Shown in pieces: positions 26,051 to 36,054 of a stretch of 64,000 nt of DNA. A model generated the notes under the pieces. The model saw nothing but the letters and a program-made list of their open reading frames with translations, did not search any database and was not told where the DNA came from. The translations under genes were made by a program, and so were the position numbers. Source of the stretch: an uncultured virus (IMG/VR IMGVR_UViG_3300009136_000003) (taxonomy: Duplodnaviria > Heunggongvirae > Uroviricota > Caudoviricetes > Crassvirales); the IMG/VR virus record IMGVR_UViG_3300009136_000003; one strand, given 5' to 3'. Numbering within the stretch: the first letter of the stretch is position 1; the number at the start of each line of letters is the position of its first letter.

Positions 26051-26671
26051 ATGAGATATATTTTATTTACATTAAGACAACTTAAATTAGTAGGAATGGT
26101 TTTGTTATCGGGTATATTTATATATCCATTTATTGTTTTTCCTAATAGAAGAAAAAATTGGGCATCAAGGTTTGATAAAAAAAGGGCTTGGTATTGGAGG
26201 TTTTCAGATACATCAGAAAGAGCCTTCGGGACTACCGAGAAAAATTATTTAAACTCTACCTATGGCGTATATGAGTTTGTAAAGAAGAGAAACTCAAAAG
26301 GTGTTTGGGAGGCAGACTATGAAACGTTTTATGCACTACCTAGGTGGCGTAAGGTTTTATATGCATACCAATGGAACGTAATTAGAAACGGATGTTGGGA
26401 CTACATAGCATCGTTTAAATACCCTGATGCCCCTAGAGAAGACTTAAAAATAATAAGAAACGATGGCGGCAACCTTGATGGCTTTGACTTTAGAACACGT
26501 AGAAATTATGGACACCAACATTGCACTTGGAGGCAAGGTGACTTGTTATGCTTTAGGATAAGTATGACCGTACCATTCGGAGGCAATGGCAAGTATATTA
26601 ATATACAGGCGGGTCACGCTGTAGATAGAGAGCTAGTAAAGGCAAAATGGTTTCACCCATCTGAAATATAA
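26051..26671 (+). CDS. Hypothetical protein with an N-terminal membrane anchor
   Basis: ORF track. Confidence 0.7.
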   Translation: MRYILFTLRQLKLVGMVLLSGIFIYPFIVFPNRRKNWASRFDKKRAWYWRFSDTSERAFGTTEKNYLNSTYGVYEFVKKRNSKGVWEADYETFYALPRWRKVLYAYQWNVIRNGCWDYIASFKYPDAPREDLKIIRNDGGNLDGFDFRTRRNYGHQHCTWRQGDLLCFRISMTVPFGGNGKYINIQAGHAVDRELVKAKWFHPSEI

Positions 26672-26687
26672 ACAATAAAATAAAAAT

Positions 26688-26945
26688 ATGAGACCAATAG
26701 GAAAATATATATTAATCGATGAGATTAAGGAATCAGTAAAAACTGAGTCAGGATTAATCTTGGGTGCAGAGGAAGCTAACCTGCTAAGATACAAAAAAGG
26801 ATTTATACTTGAGGTAGGTAGTGATGTTTCTGTAATAAGCAAGGGAGATAGTATTTTCTATGACTCTCGTGCGGGTTATACTATGCTTATAGAAGAGAAG
26901 ATGTGTACGATAATTATGGAGAAGGATGTCGTTGTTGTCTTATAA
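26688..26945 (+). CDS. groES: Co-chaperonin GroES (Cpn10)
   Basis: MRPIGKYILI...KTESGLIL...GFILEVG...GDSIFY. Confidence 0.85.
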   Translation: MRPIGKYILIDEIKESVKTESGLILGAEEANLLRYKKGFILEVGSDVSVISKGDSIFYDSRAGYTMLIEEKMCTIIMEKDVVVVL

Positions 26946-27354
26946 ACTTATTCATCTCTATTATCATATTGCGGTACACCTTGTCGGTGTATGAGACGTT
27001 CTTTAAGAACATAGGGTTAACGGAGGGGGACTCAGGTATTTCCTCCCCGCTTAACTTCTTGTACATAGAGCCAAGCATACGTCTTCCTTTATACGAGACT
27101 TCGTATAATGCTTTCTTCTTGCCTTGTCTTTTTCGGAAGACAACAACCCATCCATCTCTTAAAAGTTTGTCAAACCTATTAACATCCCAAGATATAAGTT
27201 CGTCAAACTCATTGAATTTATCCTTACTAAAATACTTTTCGGAATAAAGAAATAGTAGTACGTCAAGTTCTCCTGTTGTTATTTTATACTTCGCTTTTAT
27301 GAAGTACCTTATTACACGCCAATATTTCAGGTAATCGTTTGGTGGTAATCGCAT
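26914..27354 (-). CDS. Putative winged-helix (MarR-like) regulator, convergent with groES
   Basis: YKITTGELDVLLFL...LLRDGWVV...YEVSYKG pattern. Confidence 0.55.
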   Translation of the reverse strand: MRLPPNDYLKYWRVIRYFIKAKYKITTGELDVLLFLYSEKYFSKDKFNEFDELISWDVNRFDKLLRDGWVVVFRKRQGKKKALYEVSYKGRRMLGSMYKKLSGEEIPESPSVNPMFLKNVSYTDKVYRNMIIEMNKFIRQQRHPSP

Positions 27355-27378
27355 TAAATATTATTTAATTAAATTCAT

Positions 27379-27386
27379 TAACTTTG
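27379..27386 (+). promoter_or_regulatory. -7 box TAACTTTG (similar boxes at 30218, 35759, 40728, 46688, 54743)
   Basis: TAnnTTTG recurs just upstream of late-gene starts. Confidence 0.7.
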
Positions 27387-27404
27387 CAACAAAGATATAA
27401 AATT

Positions 27405-27701
27405 ATGTCAGATAAAACAGGAAAGCAAAAAGCAGCAGATGTAAAGGCAGCTAAGGCAGCTAAGGCAGCTAAGGCAGCTAAGGCAGCTAAGGAGACTAAG
27501 GCGGCTAGGGCTTTAAAATTAAAGAAGCAAGTTGCTGACCTTTCTACTTTTAAAAAGACAGACAGTCAAAAATGGACTTCAAAAAATGCAAGGCAGAGAA
27601 GACAAGATGTAAGCGGCACAGGAATAGTAGGCTTAAGAGCTCTTGGTCAGACAACAAAAGTAAAAAGAAGTCGAACTTATAAACCTAAAAAAACAAAGTA
27701 A
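27405..27701 (+). CDS. Basic Lys/Ala-rich protein with a (KAA)5 repeat
   Basis: 9-bp unit AAGGCAGCT x5 at 27444-27488; ATG at 27405. Confidence 0.75.
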   Translation: MSDKTGKQKAADVKAAKAAKAAKAAKAAKETKAARALKLKKQVADLSTFKKTDSQKWTSKNARQRRQDVSGTGIVGLRALGQTTKVKRSRTYKPKKTK

Positions 27702-27832
27702 TTATGGAAAAAATGAAACCATATTTCACACACGCAAGTAAATCAATGGGAGGGAAACCTGAAAAGTTTGGACTACCATCTAACAAGCAGATAGCGAATA
27801 GTGTATACGCTAAATGCGGTAAAAAATAAATT

Positions 27833-28108
27833 ATGAGTTGTATAGGATTAAAAGGACAGGCATTAAAAGACTGTAAGGCGGGTATGAAGTTTACATTACT
27901 TGCTCAGGCTAGGCAGAACACTAACAGGGCTAATAGGGTTGACAGCAGAACTCCTGCTACTAAAAGAGATTCTACTCAGTACAGAGAGGGATTTAAGATG
28001 GGTCTAGCGGGAAAGAAACCGTCTAAGATGCAATTAAAATACGAGGGTGAGAATGAGTACAAGAAGATGGGTAGATGGGAAGGTCAGAATAAGAAAAAGA
28101 AAAATTAG
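27833..28108 (+). CDS. Small basic protein
   Basis: Starts MSCIGLKG, similar to MSCRGLKG in 28743..29036. Confidence 0.65.
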   Translation: MSCIGLKGQALKDCKAGMKFTLLAQARQNTNRANRVDSRTPATKRDSTQYREGFKMGLAGKKPSKMQLKYEGENEYKKMGRWEGQNKKKKN

Positions 28109-28230
28109 TGGCAAAGAAAGTTAGTTGGAAATACGGTGGTAAGACTTATAGCGGCACTCTTATTAGAGAGACCAAGACACATAAGTACGCTAGAACCACT
28201 AACGGAAAGGTTAAAACTATAAAAAAGTAA
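28108..28230 (+). CDS. Small basic protein (GTG start, MAKKVSWKYGGKTYSG...)
   Basis: Translated by hand; overlaps both neighbours by 1 nt. Confidence 0.6.
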   Translation: MAKKVSWKYGGKTYSGTLIRETKTHKYARTTNGKVKTIKK

Positions 28231-28484
28231 TGGCATCACCAAGGAAAGGAAAGGCTAAAGTCAAAATTACCGCAAGCGGTAAGAAGGTTAGCTATGGTCA
28301 GGCAGGTAAGGCTAAGGGTGGAGGCCCAAGGGTAAAGCCGGGTACGTCTAAGGGTGACAGTTACTGTGCTAGAAGTTTAGGCATCAAGAAAAGGCTGTCT
28401 GCTAAAAAAAGAAATGACCCTAATACCCCAAACAATTTATCACGTAAGCGATGGAAATGTTCCGGAGCTAAATCTAGAAAATAA
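28230..28484 (+). CDS. Small basic phage protein (DUF6321-like)
   Basis: SYCARS.GIK...DPN..N.LSRKRWKC motif. Confidence 0.6.
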   Translation: MASPRKGKAKVKITASGKKVSYGQAGKAKGGGPRVKPGTSKGDSYCARSLGIKKRLSAKKRNDPNTPNNLSRKRWKCSGAKSRK

Positions 28485-28742
28485 TATGAGCAAGGCTAAA
28501 GGAATACCATACAACCCACCAACTAGAGGTAAGATGAAAATGCCGGCTGCTGTAGCTTCAAGAACAAAAAGAAATTTTGCTAACGGAAAAAAAAGATAGT
28601 GCTATGAAAAAACAATCAAAGTCAAAACCTGTACCAAAACCTAAAAAAAATATTTTTAAAAGATTTCTTTCTTACCTTAAGGGAAGGTGGAACTCAATGT
28701 TGTATTGGTTAATGTTTAAAAAATATAATAACTGTTGCGGTA

Positions 28743-29036
28743 TTGAAGGATGCGACTGCAATAAATAAAAATGATATGAGTTGTAGAGGGCTAAAAGGTG
28801 AAGCGAAAAAAAAATGTATGAATAAATACAAGAAAGAGTCTAAAAGACATTTTCCAAGTTTTAATCAGGCTAAAGATACGGTTGTGTCAGCTACATCTAG
28901 GTCTTATAGTGCTGCTACAGGTATTAGTAGAATGAAAGCGTTATCGGCAAACCCTAAATCAAACCCTAGTTCTTCAACAAAAGAATTTAGTGTTGGTAAT
29001 AAATATACTTCTTTAAGAAAAATTAAAAAACAATAA
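28743..29036 (+). CDS. Small basic protein
   Basis: ORF track; the true start is probably the internal MSCRG. Confidence 0.6.
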   Translation: MKDATAINKNDMSCRGLKGEAKKKCMNKYKKESKRHFPSFNQAKDTVVSATSRSYSAATGISRMKALSANPKSNPSSSTKEFSVGNKYTSLRKIKKQ

Positions 29037-29041
29037 ATAAA

Positions 29042-29200
29042 ATGAAATCAAAAGGATTGGGTGATACAATAGAAAAAGTCACTAAAGCAACAGGAATAAA
29101 AAAAATAGTTGATACAGTATCAAAGGCTACAGGAAAACCCTGTGGTTGTAACAAAAGAAAAGACAAGCTCAACAGAGCTTTTCCTTACACAAACGAATAA
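29042..29200 (+). CDS. Small basic protein (MKSKGLGDTIEKVTKATGIK...CGC..RK..LN)
   Basis: Translated by hand. Confidence 0.65.
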   Translation: MKSKGLGDTIEKVTKATGIKKIVDTVSKATGKPCGCNKRKDKLNRAFPYTNE

Positions 29201-29382
29201 TGGATATGTCCGATATTAAGTTATATGCAATAAATGGAATAAGTCTAGCTATGTCTTTTGCACACATAGATACAATATTAAAAATAGTTTTGCTGAGTGC
29301 GTCTATCGGATACACATTACAACGTTGGTATTTGTTAGACAAGGAAAGGCGAGACAAAAATAATGGAAAAAACAAAGATTAA
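29200..29382 (+). CDS. Putative holin-like membrane protein
   Basis: Hydrophobic N-terminal half and charged tail, upstream of the lysin. Confidence 0.5.
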   Translation: MDMSDIKLYAINGISLAMSFAHIDTILKIVLLSASIGYTLQRWYLLDKERRDKNNGKNKD

Positions 29383-29809
29383 AAAAGTAATTTTACAGAG
29401 GGTTTGGATGGATGATAATCAGTCTACAGGCTCTTTGATTGTTTTAGACGAGTTGCGTCAGCCTATTTACATTAGTCCTTGTATTGAAAGAGGGGACAGG
29501 AATAACGAACAAAATGTATCTAACGTGCCTACAGGAACTTATCCTTTGGTATGGGAAAACTCCCCTAAGTTTGGAATGGTATGGGAACTGAAGGATGTAC
29601 CTAACCGTTCTGAGTGTAAAATTCACGCTGCAAATATGTGGAATCAAATAAACGGATGCATCGCACCGGGCACGTATTTGGGTGAAATAAATAAAGATGG
29701 ATACTACGACACCTTATCAAGCGGAGAGGCTCTTAAAAGGTTTCATTTAGCTTTAGAGGATATGCAAGAGCAGGGTACTACAATAACAATATTTAACTCA
29801 TACCTTTAA
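29363..29809 (+). CDS. DUF5675-family putative endolysin
   Basis: SNVPTGTY...DVPNRSECKIHAAN...NGCIAPG; flanked by holin-like genes. Confidence 0.7.
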   Translation: MEKTKIKKVILQRVWMDDNQSTGSLIVLDELRQPIYISPCIERGDRNNEQNVSNVPTGTYPLVWENSPKFGMVWELKDVPNRSECKIHAANMWNQINGCIAPGTYLGEINKDGYYDTLSSGEALKRFHLALEDMQEQGTTITIFNSYL

Positions 29810-29810
29810 A

Positions 29811-30203
29811 ATGAAAAAAATACTAGAATTTTTTGGTTCAAATGTAATAGGAGACATTGGTAAAGTAATAGACAATTTATTTACTTCTGATGAGGAACGC
29901 ATTAATGCAAGGAACAAAATAATGCAGGTTCTAAAAGAAAAGGAGTTAGAGCTTCAGAAAATGCAAACCGATATTATTATAGCGGAGGCTAAGGGTAATT
30001 GGATGCAAAGAAGTTGGAGACCACTTCTTATGTTATCCTTTGGTTTTATAGTTATATATGTAAAATTTATAGGCCCATTGTTTAATTTACCTATACCTGA
30101 ACTTGAAATTGAGTTTTGGGATTTATTAAAAATAGGAATTGGAGGATATGTAGTTGGAAGGACAGGAGAGAAGATGATGACTACCTATGTCAACAAAAAG
30201 TAG
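29811..30203 (+). CDS. 3-TM holin (GTA_holin_3TM-like)
   Basis: IDNLFTSDEER, WMQRSWRP, GYVVGRTGEK. Confidence 0.8.
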   Translation: MKKILEFFGSNVIGDIGKVIDNLFTSDEERINARNKIMQVLKEKELELQKMQTDIIIAEAKGNWMQRSWRPLLMLSFGFIVIYVKFIGPLFNLPIPELEIEFWDLLKIGIGGYVVGRTGEKMMTTYVNKK

Positions 30204-30244
30204 TGGAAGAATTTATGTATCTTTGTGCTTTATAAAAGAACTAA

Positions 30245-30988
30245 ATGGCAAGAATTAGTACATACGCTTTAGATTCAGATTTAGTAGGAGGTGATAAATG
30301 GATTGGGACATCGGCTAATAGTTTAGTTTCTAATGCCACAAAAAACTTTTCACTAAATGCAGTAGCTCGTTTTTTAAATAAAACGGGAATAATAGAGTCT
30401 CAGGCTTTACGTTATAAGTATCAAAATAAATTAGTCGCTGAAGACAGGGAGATGGGTACAATATCGTTCCCTACTCCTATTGGAGACAATGTAAACTTTT
30501 CGGCTATATCATCTTGGATGTTAAGTACTTTTGCTTTGCCAATAACAGGAGTTGTGGGAAAGGATGTTCACGAGTTTTACACAGCACCCTTAATAGGGTC
30601 AACTGTTCTTGTGACTAATGCAGCCAACCCTACTAATTGGGCTATTTACTTATGGAACAGTTCAACACAGAATGTGTTAGAGCCTAATTTTTATGACATA
30701 GGGTTAACGTTTATATCAGGTTCAGGGAAAATAACAGATGGTCAGGATTACTTTATATCTCTATTAAGATATGATTATTCATCGACCACAGGAGATAAAA
30801 ACTTTGTGTATACACAGGCAGCAGCAAGTAGCACTTGGGTTGTGAATCATAACCTAAACAAGTACTGTTCAGTATCTGTTGTAGACACGGCAGGAACTAC
30901 TATTTATGGCGGCATAGAGTATGACAGTTTAAACCAAGTAACAATAACGTTTAGTGCTCCGTTTTCGGGGCAGGCGTTTTGCAATTAA
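30245..30988 (+). CDS. Virion structural/fibre-associated protein
   Basis: MARISTY N-terminus (shared with 36055) and a C-terminal WVVNHNL..SVSVVD module. Confidence 0.65.
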   Translation: MARISTYALDSDLVGGDKWIGTSANSLVSNATKNFSLNAVARFLNKTGIIESQALRYKYQNKLVAEDREMGTISFPTPIGDNVNFSAISSWMLSTFALPITGVVGKDVHEFYTAPLIGSTVLVTNAANPTNWAIYLWNSSTQNVLEPNFYDIGLTFISGSGKITDGQDYFISLLRYDYSSTTGDKNFVYTQAAASSTWVVNHNLNKYCSVSVVDTAGTTIYGGIEYDSLNQVTITFSAPFSGQAFCN

Positions 30989-31022
30989 GAATAATAATTA
31001 ATAATTAATAAATAAAAAAGTT

Positions 31023-33083
31023 ATGGCAATTAGGTATCTAGACAACATTAACTTAGAGGAGAATCAGTTACTGAACGCCTCTTTGCAACAAGTCAATTCA
31101 GACCCCACGGGATTTGAGGGACAAATTATTTACAACACAACAAGTAATGTGTTCAAGTACTACAATGGTACTGCTTGGATTTCATTAGACGGAACAGGTG
31201 ACATTACAGGTGTAACAGCAGGTGCAGGTTTAACAGGGGGTGGAACATCAGGTACTGTTGTTTTAGATGTAGGTTCAGGGACAGGTATAACCGTAAACGC
31301 AAATTCGGTTGCTGTTGATTCAACGGTAGTAAGAACAACAGGCACACAGACTATTGGAGGTGCAAAAACCTTCACCACGATTCCTGTAGTAGGAACGGCT
31401 ACTATATCAGACGATTCAACTAAGGCGGCATCTACTGCTTGGGTTAAAGACCAAGGTTATGTAGACGATTCAGGAGTAACAAGCATTACACTTGCAGCAG
31501 ATTCAGGTTCAGGAAGTGCAATTACAGGCGTAGGAACACAGACATTTACAGGTGCAGGCCTTATGTCAACCGCAGTAACAGGTACTACGGTAACTATTAG
31601 CACTACAGCAACAAGTAACCTAGGTACGGTAACAGGTGTAGGAGCAGGTGATACAACTTTCATTGATGGTACTAGTACAGGAGGAACAACACCTTCTATT
31701 TCAATGGCATTAAGTGCAACAGGAACACCAAGTTCATCTACTTACTTAAGGGGTGATAACTCTTGGGCAACAGTTCCGGGTGGATACACATCTTGGACAG
31801 CTCGTGCTGATGGAGGCCCTGACAATACTATCATAGATGCCGATATTGTTGATATCGCAGGTGGAACAGGACTTAGTAGTTTAATAGCTACGGTTGGTAC
31901 TATATCTACTGTGACAATGAAATTAAACGACACGGCAGTAACAGCAGCTAGTTATACTCTAGCTAATATTACTGTTGATGCACAAGGTAGAATTACCGCA
32001 GCATCTAATGGAGCACCGGGTTCTAGTACCTTTATGCTTAGTTGGAGAATAACAGGTGACACAGGAACAACAACTTCTGTATTTCAAAATGATTTAGTAG
32101 ACATTCAAGGAGGCACAGGTATCGCTACAAGTGCAAGTGGACTTACTGTAGACGTAGAGCTTGACCTTGATGATTTACCACCTGCAACAACTTTTAACGG
32201 TGCTACCGAGTATCTCGCAATGGTAACCGCAGGGAATACATCAAGTAAAATTTTTGGAAACGATATTAGTGTAACGCAGCTTGGAGAACCAACGGCTAAC
32301 TTTGATATTGACACACATAAAGTAATAAACGTTGTTGACCCAACAAATGACCAAGACGCAGCTACTAAGAAGTATGTAGATGACAATATAGTTGGTGGAT
32401 TAATATATCAAGGTGGATATAACGCAGCAACTAACACACCTAACTTAGATAGTAACCCAAGTCCAAATAACATTAAGCAGGGTTGGACATATACAGTAAC
32501 TCAAGATGGTCTGTTCTTTACGGAACAAGTAAGAATAGGTGATGTAATTATTGCAGAGGTAGACACACCAACAGCTTTAGCTGATTGGACAACTGTTCAG
32601 AATAACATTGACATTGCAACAACTAGTGTTGCGGGTATTGCTTCTTTCCCTACAGCAGGCGGAACAAGTATAACTGCAGCAGGTGCTGTATCACTAGCAA
32701 ACGTAGGAACAGCAGGAAGTGTTGGTTCAGCTAGTCAGTCTTTAAGTATCACAACAGATGCTAAGGGTAGGGTAACATCAAGAAGTGCTCAAAACATTCA
32801 AATTGCATCAACACAGATTACAAACTTCTGTACTGCGGTTGAGACTTGTATTGGTGATGCAACCGAGTATAGTACAACTATTGGAAACGGTACTTTGTTA
32901 TCTCATACTGTAACTCATAATTTAGATACAAAGCTAGTAATCGTTCAGCTTTTTGATTCAAGCACATTTGATACTGTTCAGGCTACTGTAGTAAGAACGT
33001 CTGATGATGTTGTGACTATATCAACATCTTCAGCTATTGCAACAGGAGATGTGACGGTATTGATTAAAGCAATAAAAGCCTAA
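31023..33083 (+). CDS. Tail/head fibre-like protein
   Basis: Gly/Thr-rich repeats, DAATKKYVD, ITVDAQGRIT, C-terminal VTHNL module. Confidence 0.75.
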   Translation: MAIRYLDNINLEENQLLNASLQQVNSDPTGFEGQIIYNTTSNVFKYYNGTAWISLDGTGDITGVTAGAGLTGGGTSGTVVLDVGSGTGITVNANSVAVDSTVVRTTGTQTIGGAKTFTTIPVVGTATISDDSTKAASTAWVKDQGYVDDSGVTSITLAADSGSGSAITGVGTQTFTGAGLMSTAVTGTTVTISTTATSNLGTVTGVGAGDTTFIDGTSTGGTTPSISMALSATGTPSSSTYLRGDNSWATVPGGYTSWTARADGGPDNTIIDADIVDIAGGTGLSSLIATVGTISTVTMKLNDTAVTAASYTLANITVDAQGRITAASNGAPGSSTFMLSWRITGDTGTTTSVFQNDLVDIQGGTGIATSASGLTVDVELDLDDLPPATTFNGATEYLAMVTAGNTSSKIFGNDISVTQLGEPTANFDIDTHKVINVVDPTNDQDAATKKYVDDNIVGGLIYQGGYNAATNTPNLDSNPSPNNIKQGWTYTVTQDGLFFTEQVRIGDVIIAEVDTPTALADWTTVQNNIDIATTSVAGIASFPTAGGTSITAAGAVSLANVGTAGSVGSASQSLSITTDAKGRVTSRSAQNIQIASTQITNFCTAVETCIGDATEYSTTIGNGTLLSHTVTHNLDTKLVIVQLFDSSTFDTVQATVVRTSDDVVTISTSSAIATGDVTVLIKAIKA

Positions 33084-33093
33084 TATAAATATT

Positions 33094-33124
33094 CCCACTA
33101 TGCCTTATGGTGTAGTGGGTTTTT
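33094..33124 (+). terminator. Rho-independent terminator
   Basis: CCCACTATGCC-TTAT-GGTGTAGTGGG-TTTTT. Confidence 0.8.
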
Positions 33125-33144
33125 AAAAAAAAATTTAATACACA

Positions 33145-34167
33145 ATGGCAATTACATTTTTAGATAGCTTAATTACATCAGGAGATTTAACAGTTTCAGG
33201 TGGTGATATAGTTTTAGGAGGTACAGGAAGAATACAAGGTGTAGATACTGTTTCGGTTAATACGGATGCCGCTAATAAGTTATATGTAGATAATGCTATT
33301 GCAGGAGTACCTCAAGGAGATATTACAGGTGTAACCGCAGGAACAGGTATGACAGGTGGTGGCACAAGTGGTACTGTTGTTTTAAATGTTATTGGAGGAA
33401 CAGGGATTACCGCTAACGCTAATGACATTGAGATTGATTCAACGGTATTAACAACTACAGGAAGTCAAACTATAACAGGAGCTAAAAGATTTAATGGTAG
33501 TATTCTCGATGCAGGTGGTTCATCAGGAACACCGGGGCAAGTTCTTGCTAGTACAGGGGCGGGTCAGGTTGATTGGGTAGCCGCAAGCGGTGGCGGTGGC
33601 GGAACTATTAACGGTTCTACAGTTGCAACTAGAGTAGCTTTTGGTGCTGCTAGTTCAACTACTGAAATAACTAGTGACCCCGGTTTAACTTATTCTTCTC
33701 AAAATGGTTTAAGTGTTGGAGATACAACAGGAAGTGGAAATTCTGCTATAACTATGGATAAAGGTTCAGCAGGACAAGCTCGTCTTATTATGAGTGAAAC
33801 AGGTACTGAAAAGTTTTCAATAAAACTTGATAATTCTGAAGAAAGTTATATAACAGCAGCTAATAAACTTACGATAGCTACTAGCGGCACAACTAAAGAT
33901 GTAATAATAAATTCCACAGGAAATGTAGGTATAGGTGACTCAACCCCTTCGTCAACTTTAAGTGTAGATGGAGGAGTTCAGATTGGTAACGATACTGCTA
34001 CTTCAGCAACAGACCTTTATAATAAAGTGGGTACTTTTAGATATAGAACTGTGACAGGAATTAAAAATTTCAGTTATGTAGATATGGTTATGCAAACAGG
34101 TGGAACGGTTGGTGCAGCAGGTGGAACTTACGAGTGGGTTAATATAGTACAAAATTCTTGGACATAG
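33145..34167 (+). CDS. Fibre-like protein
   Basis: DAANKLYVD, GNVGIG; shares a roughly 60-aa block with 31023..33083. Confidence 0.7.
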   Translation: MAITFLDSLITSGDLTVSGGDIVLGGTGRIQGVDTVSVNTDAANKLYVDNAIAGVPQGDITGVTAGTGMTGGGTSGTVVLNVIGGTGITANANDIEIDSTVLTTTGSQTITGAKRFNGSILDAGGSSGTPGQVLASTGAGQVDWVAASGGGGGTINGSTVATRVAFGAASSTTEITSDPGLTYSSQNGLSVGDTTGSGNSAITMDKGSAGQARLIMSETGTEKFSIKLDNSEESYITAANKLTIATSGTTKDVIINSTGNVGIGDSTPSSTLSVDGGVQIGNDTATSATDLYNKVGTFRYRTVTGIKNFSYVDMVMQTGGTVGAAGGTYEWVNIVQNSWT

Positions 34168-34168
34168 T

Positions 34169-34753
34169 ATGGCAGAAAAAAAATATATGACAGACTCTAT
34201 TACTGTAACAAGTAATATCGTAGATAGTTTAGGTGCTACAGGAACTAATGGTCAAGTTTTGAGTTCAACAGGAACTGCAACAGAATGGGTTGATAGTTCA
34301 GGTGGGTCAGAAGCAGCATATTTTAGAGCACCTTTGCTTTCGCTTACTACAATAAACAACAGTTTAACTATGGCTGAGTATTCAGTAATAGGCACAGCTA
34401 CAAATAATTTTGGTAGTTTTACTGCAACATCTGCTTCGATTACACCTGCAAGTGTAGGTATATACGAAGTTAGTGTTATGTGTTATTACACAGGTGCTGT
34501 TTCGAGGGCTAATGTTGGAATGACTGTTGCTATTGATGGTGTTTTTAATCAACCTATTGCGGCTATGGGTTACATTAGAAATTCAAGTGGTCATAATGAA
34601 TCTAGTCTTACTTTTACTTCTCTTGTTGAAATAGAAATAAATTCAAAAGCAGAAATGGAAACAATTAGCATAGGATTTCAAAGACTTGCAGCAGCAGGTA
34701 CTATAACTATTGATGGTGCTAAAAGTGGTATAAGTATTATACAGATAGCTTAA
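34169..34753 (+). CDS. Short fibre/receptor-binding-like protein (paralog of the next gene)
   Basis: GTNGQVL..W stalk plus a beta-sandwich; AAMGYIRNSSGHNESS. Confidence 0.65.
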   Translation: MAEKKYMTDSITVTSNIVDSLGATGTNGQVLSSTGTATEWVDSSGGSEAAYFRAPLLSLTTINNSLTMAEYSVIGTATNNFGSFTATSASITPASVGIYEVSVMCYYTGAVSRANVGMTVAIDGVFNQPIAAMGYIRNSSGHNESSLTFTSLVEIEINSKAEMETISIGFQRLAAAGTITIDGAKSGISIIQIA

Positions 34754-35361
34754 TGGGAAAAGAGTATATAACAGATGAGTTGGAGGTTTCAGGGACTCTT
34801 TGTATTCCTGATTCTGATACTCCCGGAACTAATGGTCAAGTTGTTACTAAAGGTAATGGAGGTATATTGCAATGGGCAACACCTTCAAGTGGTGGTATAA
34901 CTAATTTATTTACTCCTGTTTATTTGAAAACAAATTTTGTAAATGAAACAGTTTCATTTAGTTCTTCTATGAGTGTAAGAAATTTTTTTAATACCACCCC
35001 TGTTTTTTCTAGTGGAGGTATATCTGTTACAAATGTTCAAGATATAACAATATCAGATGGAGGTATATTTAAGATTACAGTAATGGCTTATATGACATCT
35101 TCTAGTAATAGAACAAATTTAAGTTTTCGACTTGCTTTTAATGATGTTTTTGGAGGGCCTGTTGCAGCTATGGGGTATATTAAAAACACAACAGGTCATA
35201 ATGAAAGTAGTGTTACTTATAGTTATATAGCTTTTGTTGGTTCAGGGGTAAAAATATCTGTAGGAGCGCAACAACTAACAAATTTCTTTAATACTGTTAA
35301 TGTAGTAGGAGGAACTTCTAGTTCAATTTCTATACATAAAATTGGAAGAGAAATAGTATAA
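34753..35361 (+). CDS. Short fibre/receptor-binding-like protein (paralog of the previous gene)
   Basis: GTNGQVV..W; AAMGYIKNTTGHNESS. Confidence 0.65.
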   Translation: MGKEYITDELEVSGTLCIPDSDTPGTNGQVVTKGNGGILQWATPSSGGITNLFTPVYLKTNFVNETVSFSSSMSVRNFFNTTPVFSSGGISVTNVQDITISDGGIFKITVMAYMTSSSNRTNLSFRLAFNDVFGGPVAAMGYIKNTTGHNESSVTYSYIAFVGSGVKISVGAQQLTNFFNTVNVVGGTSSSISIHKIGREIV

Positions 35362-35376
35362 ATTAAAAAAAAAGAT

Positions 35377-35730
35377 ATGATAACTTATTATTGGGATTGC
35401 ACAAGGGTAGACGCTTACCCTGAATATGAAGAAGGGGAAAATACTTACCCTGATGTTGTTTTTTATATAAATTGGAAGGTTATTGCAACCTCAGACGTAT
35501 TAGACCCTGAAGGAATTCCTTACACTACATACAACCAAAACTCTATAGAAATAAATGTAGACAATATAACAGACTTTATTCCTTTTTCAGAACTGACAAA
35601 TGAAATTTCTGTAGGTTGGACTAAATCAACAATGGGAGTTGATGGTGTTGCTTTAGTAGAGGAAGGGTTGGCTTATGGAATTGAGCAATTAATAAACCCT
35701 CCTGCTGTATCACTTGTAATAGGAGAATAA
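35377..35730 (+). CDS. Hypothetical tail-associated protein
   Basis: ORF track; FIPFSELT...W motif. Confidence 0.65.
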   Translation: MITYYWDCTRVDAYPEYEEGENTYPDVVFYINWKVIATSDVLDPEGIPYTTYNQNSIEINVDNITDFIPFSELTNEISVGWTKSTMGVDGVALVEEGLAYGIEQLINPPAVSLVIGE

Positions 35731-35795
35731 AAATTATTATTAGTAGTTATATTTTTCATATCTTTGTAGAATATTAATAATTTAAATTAAATCAA

Positions 35796-36050
35796 ATGTC
35801 AAAAAAGTTAACAAAAAAAGAATTAGAAACAATTCAAGGATTAGTAAACGAGTTTAATCAAGCAAAAATAAAACTTGGAGATACAGTAATATCTCAAGCT
35901 AGTTTGATAAAACAAGTAGAAGAACTTAAAGCTACTTACTCTAAACAGGAGCAGTCTTTAATAAAAAAATATGGTGCAGATGCTGTAATAAATATTGAAA
36001 CAGGAGAAATCACCAAATCTAAAGAAGAAGAAGAACTAACAAAAGTATAA
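35796..36050 (+). CDS. Small coiled-coil protein (possible fibre chaperone)
   Basis: Ends KKYG...INIETGEI. Confidence 0.65.
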   Translation: MSKKLTKKELETIQGLVNEFNQAKIKLGDTVISQASLIKQVEELKATYSKQEQSLIKKYGADAVINIETGEITKSKEEEELTKV

Positions 36051-36054
36051 TACA

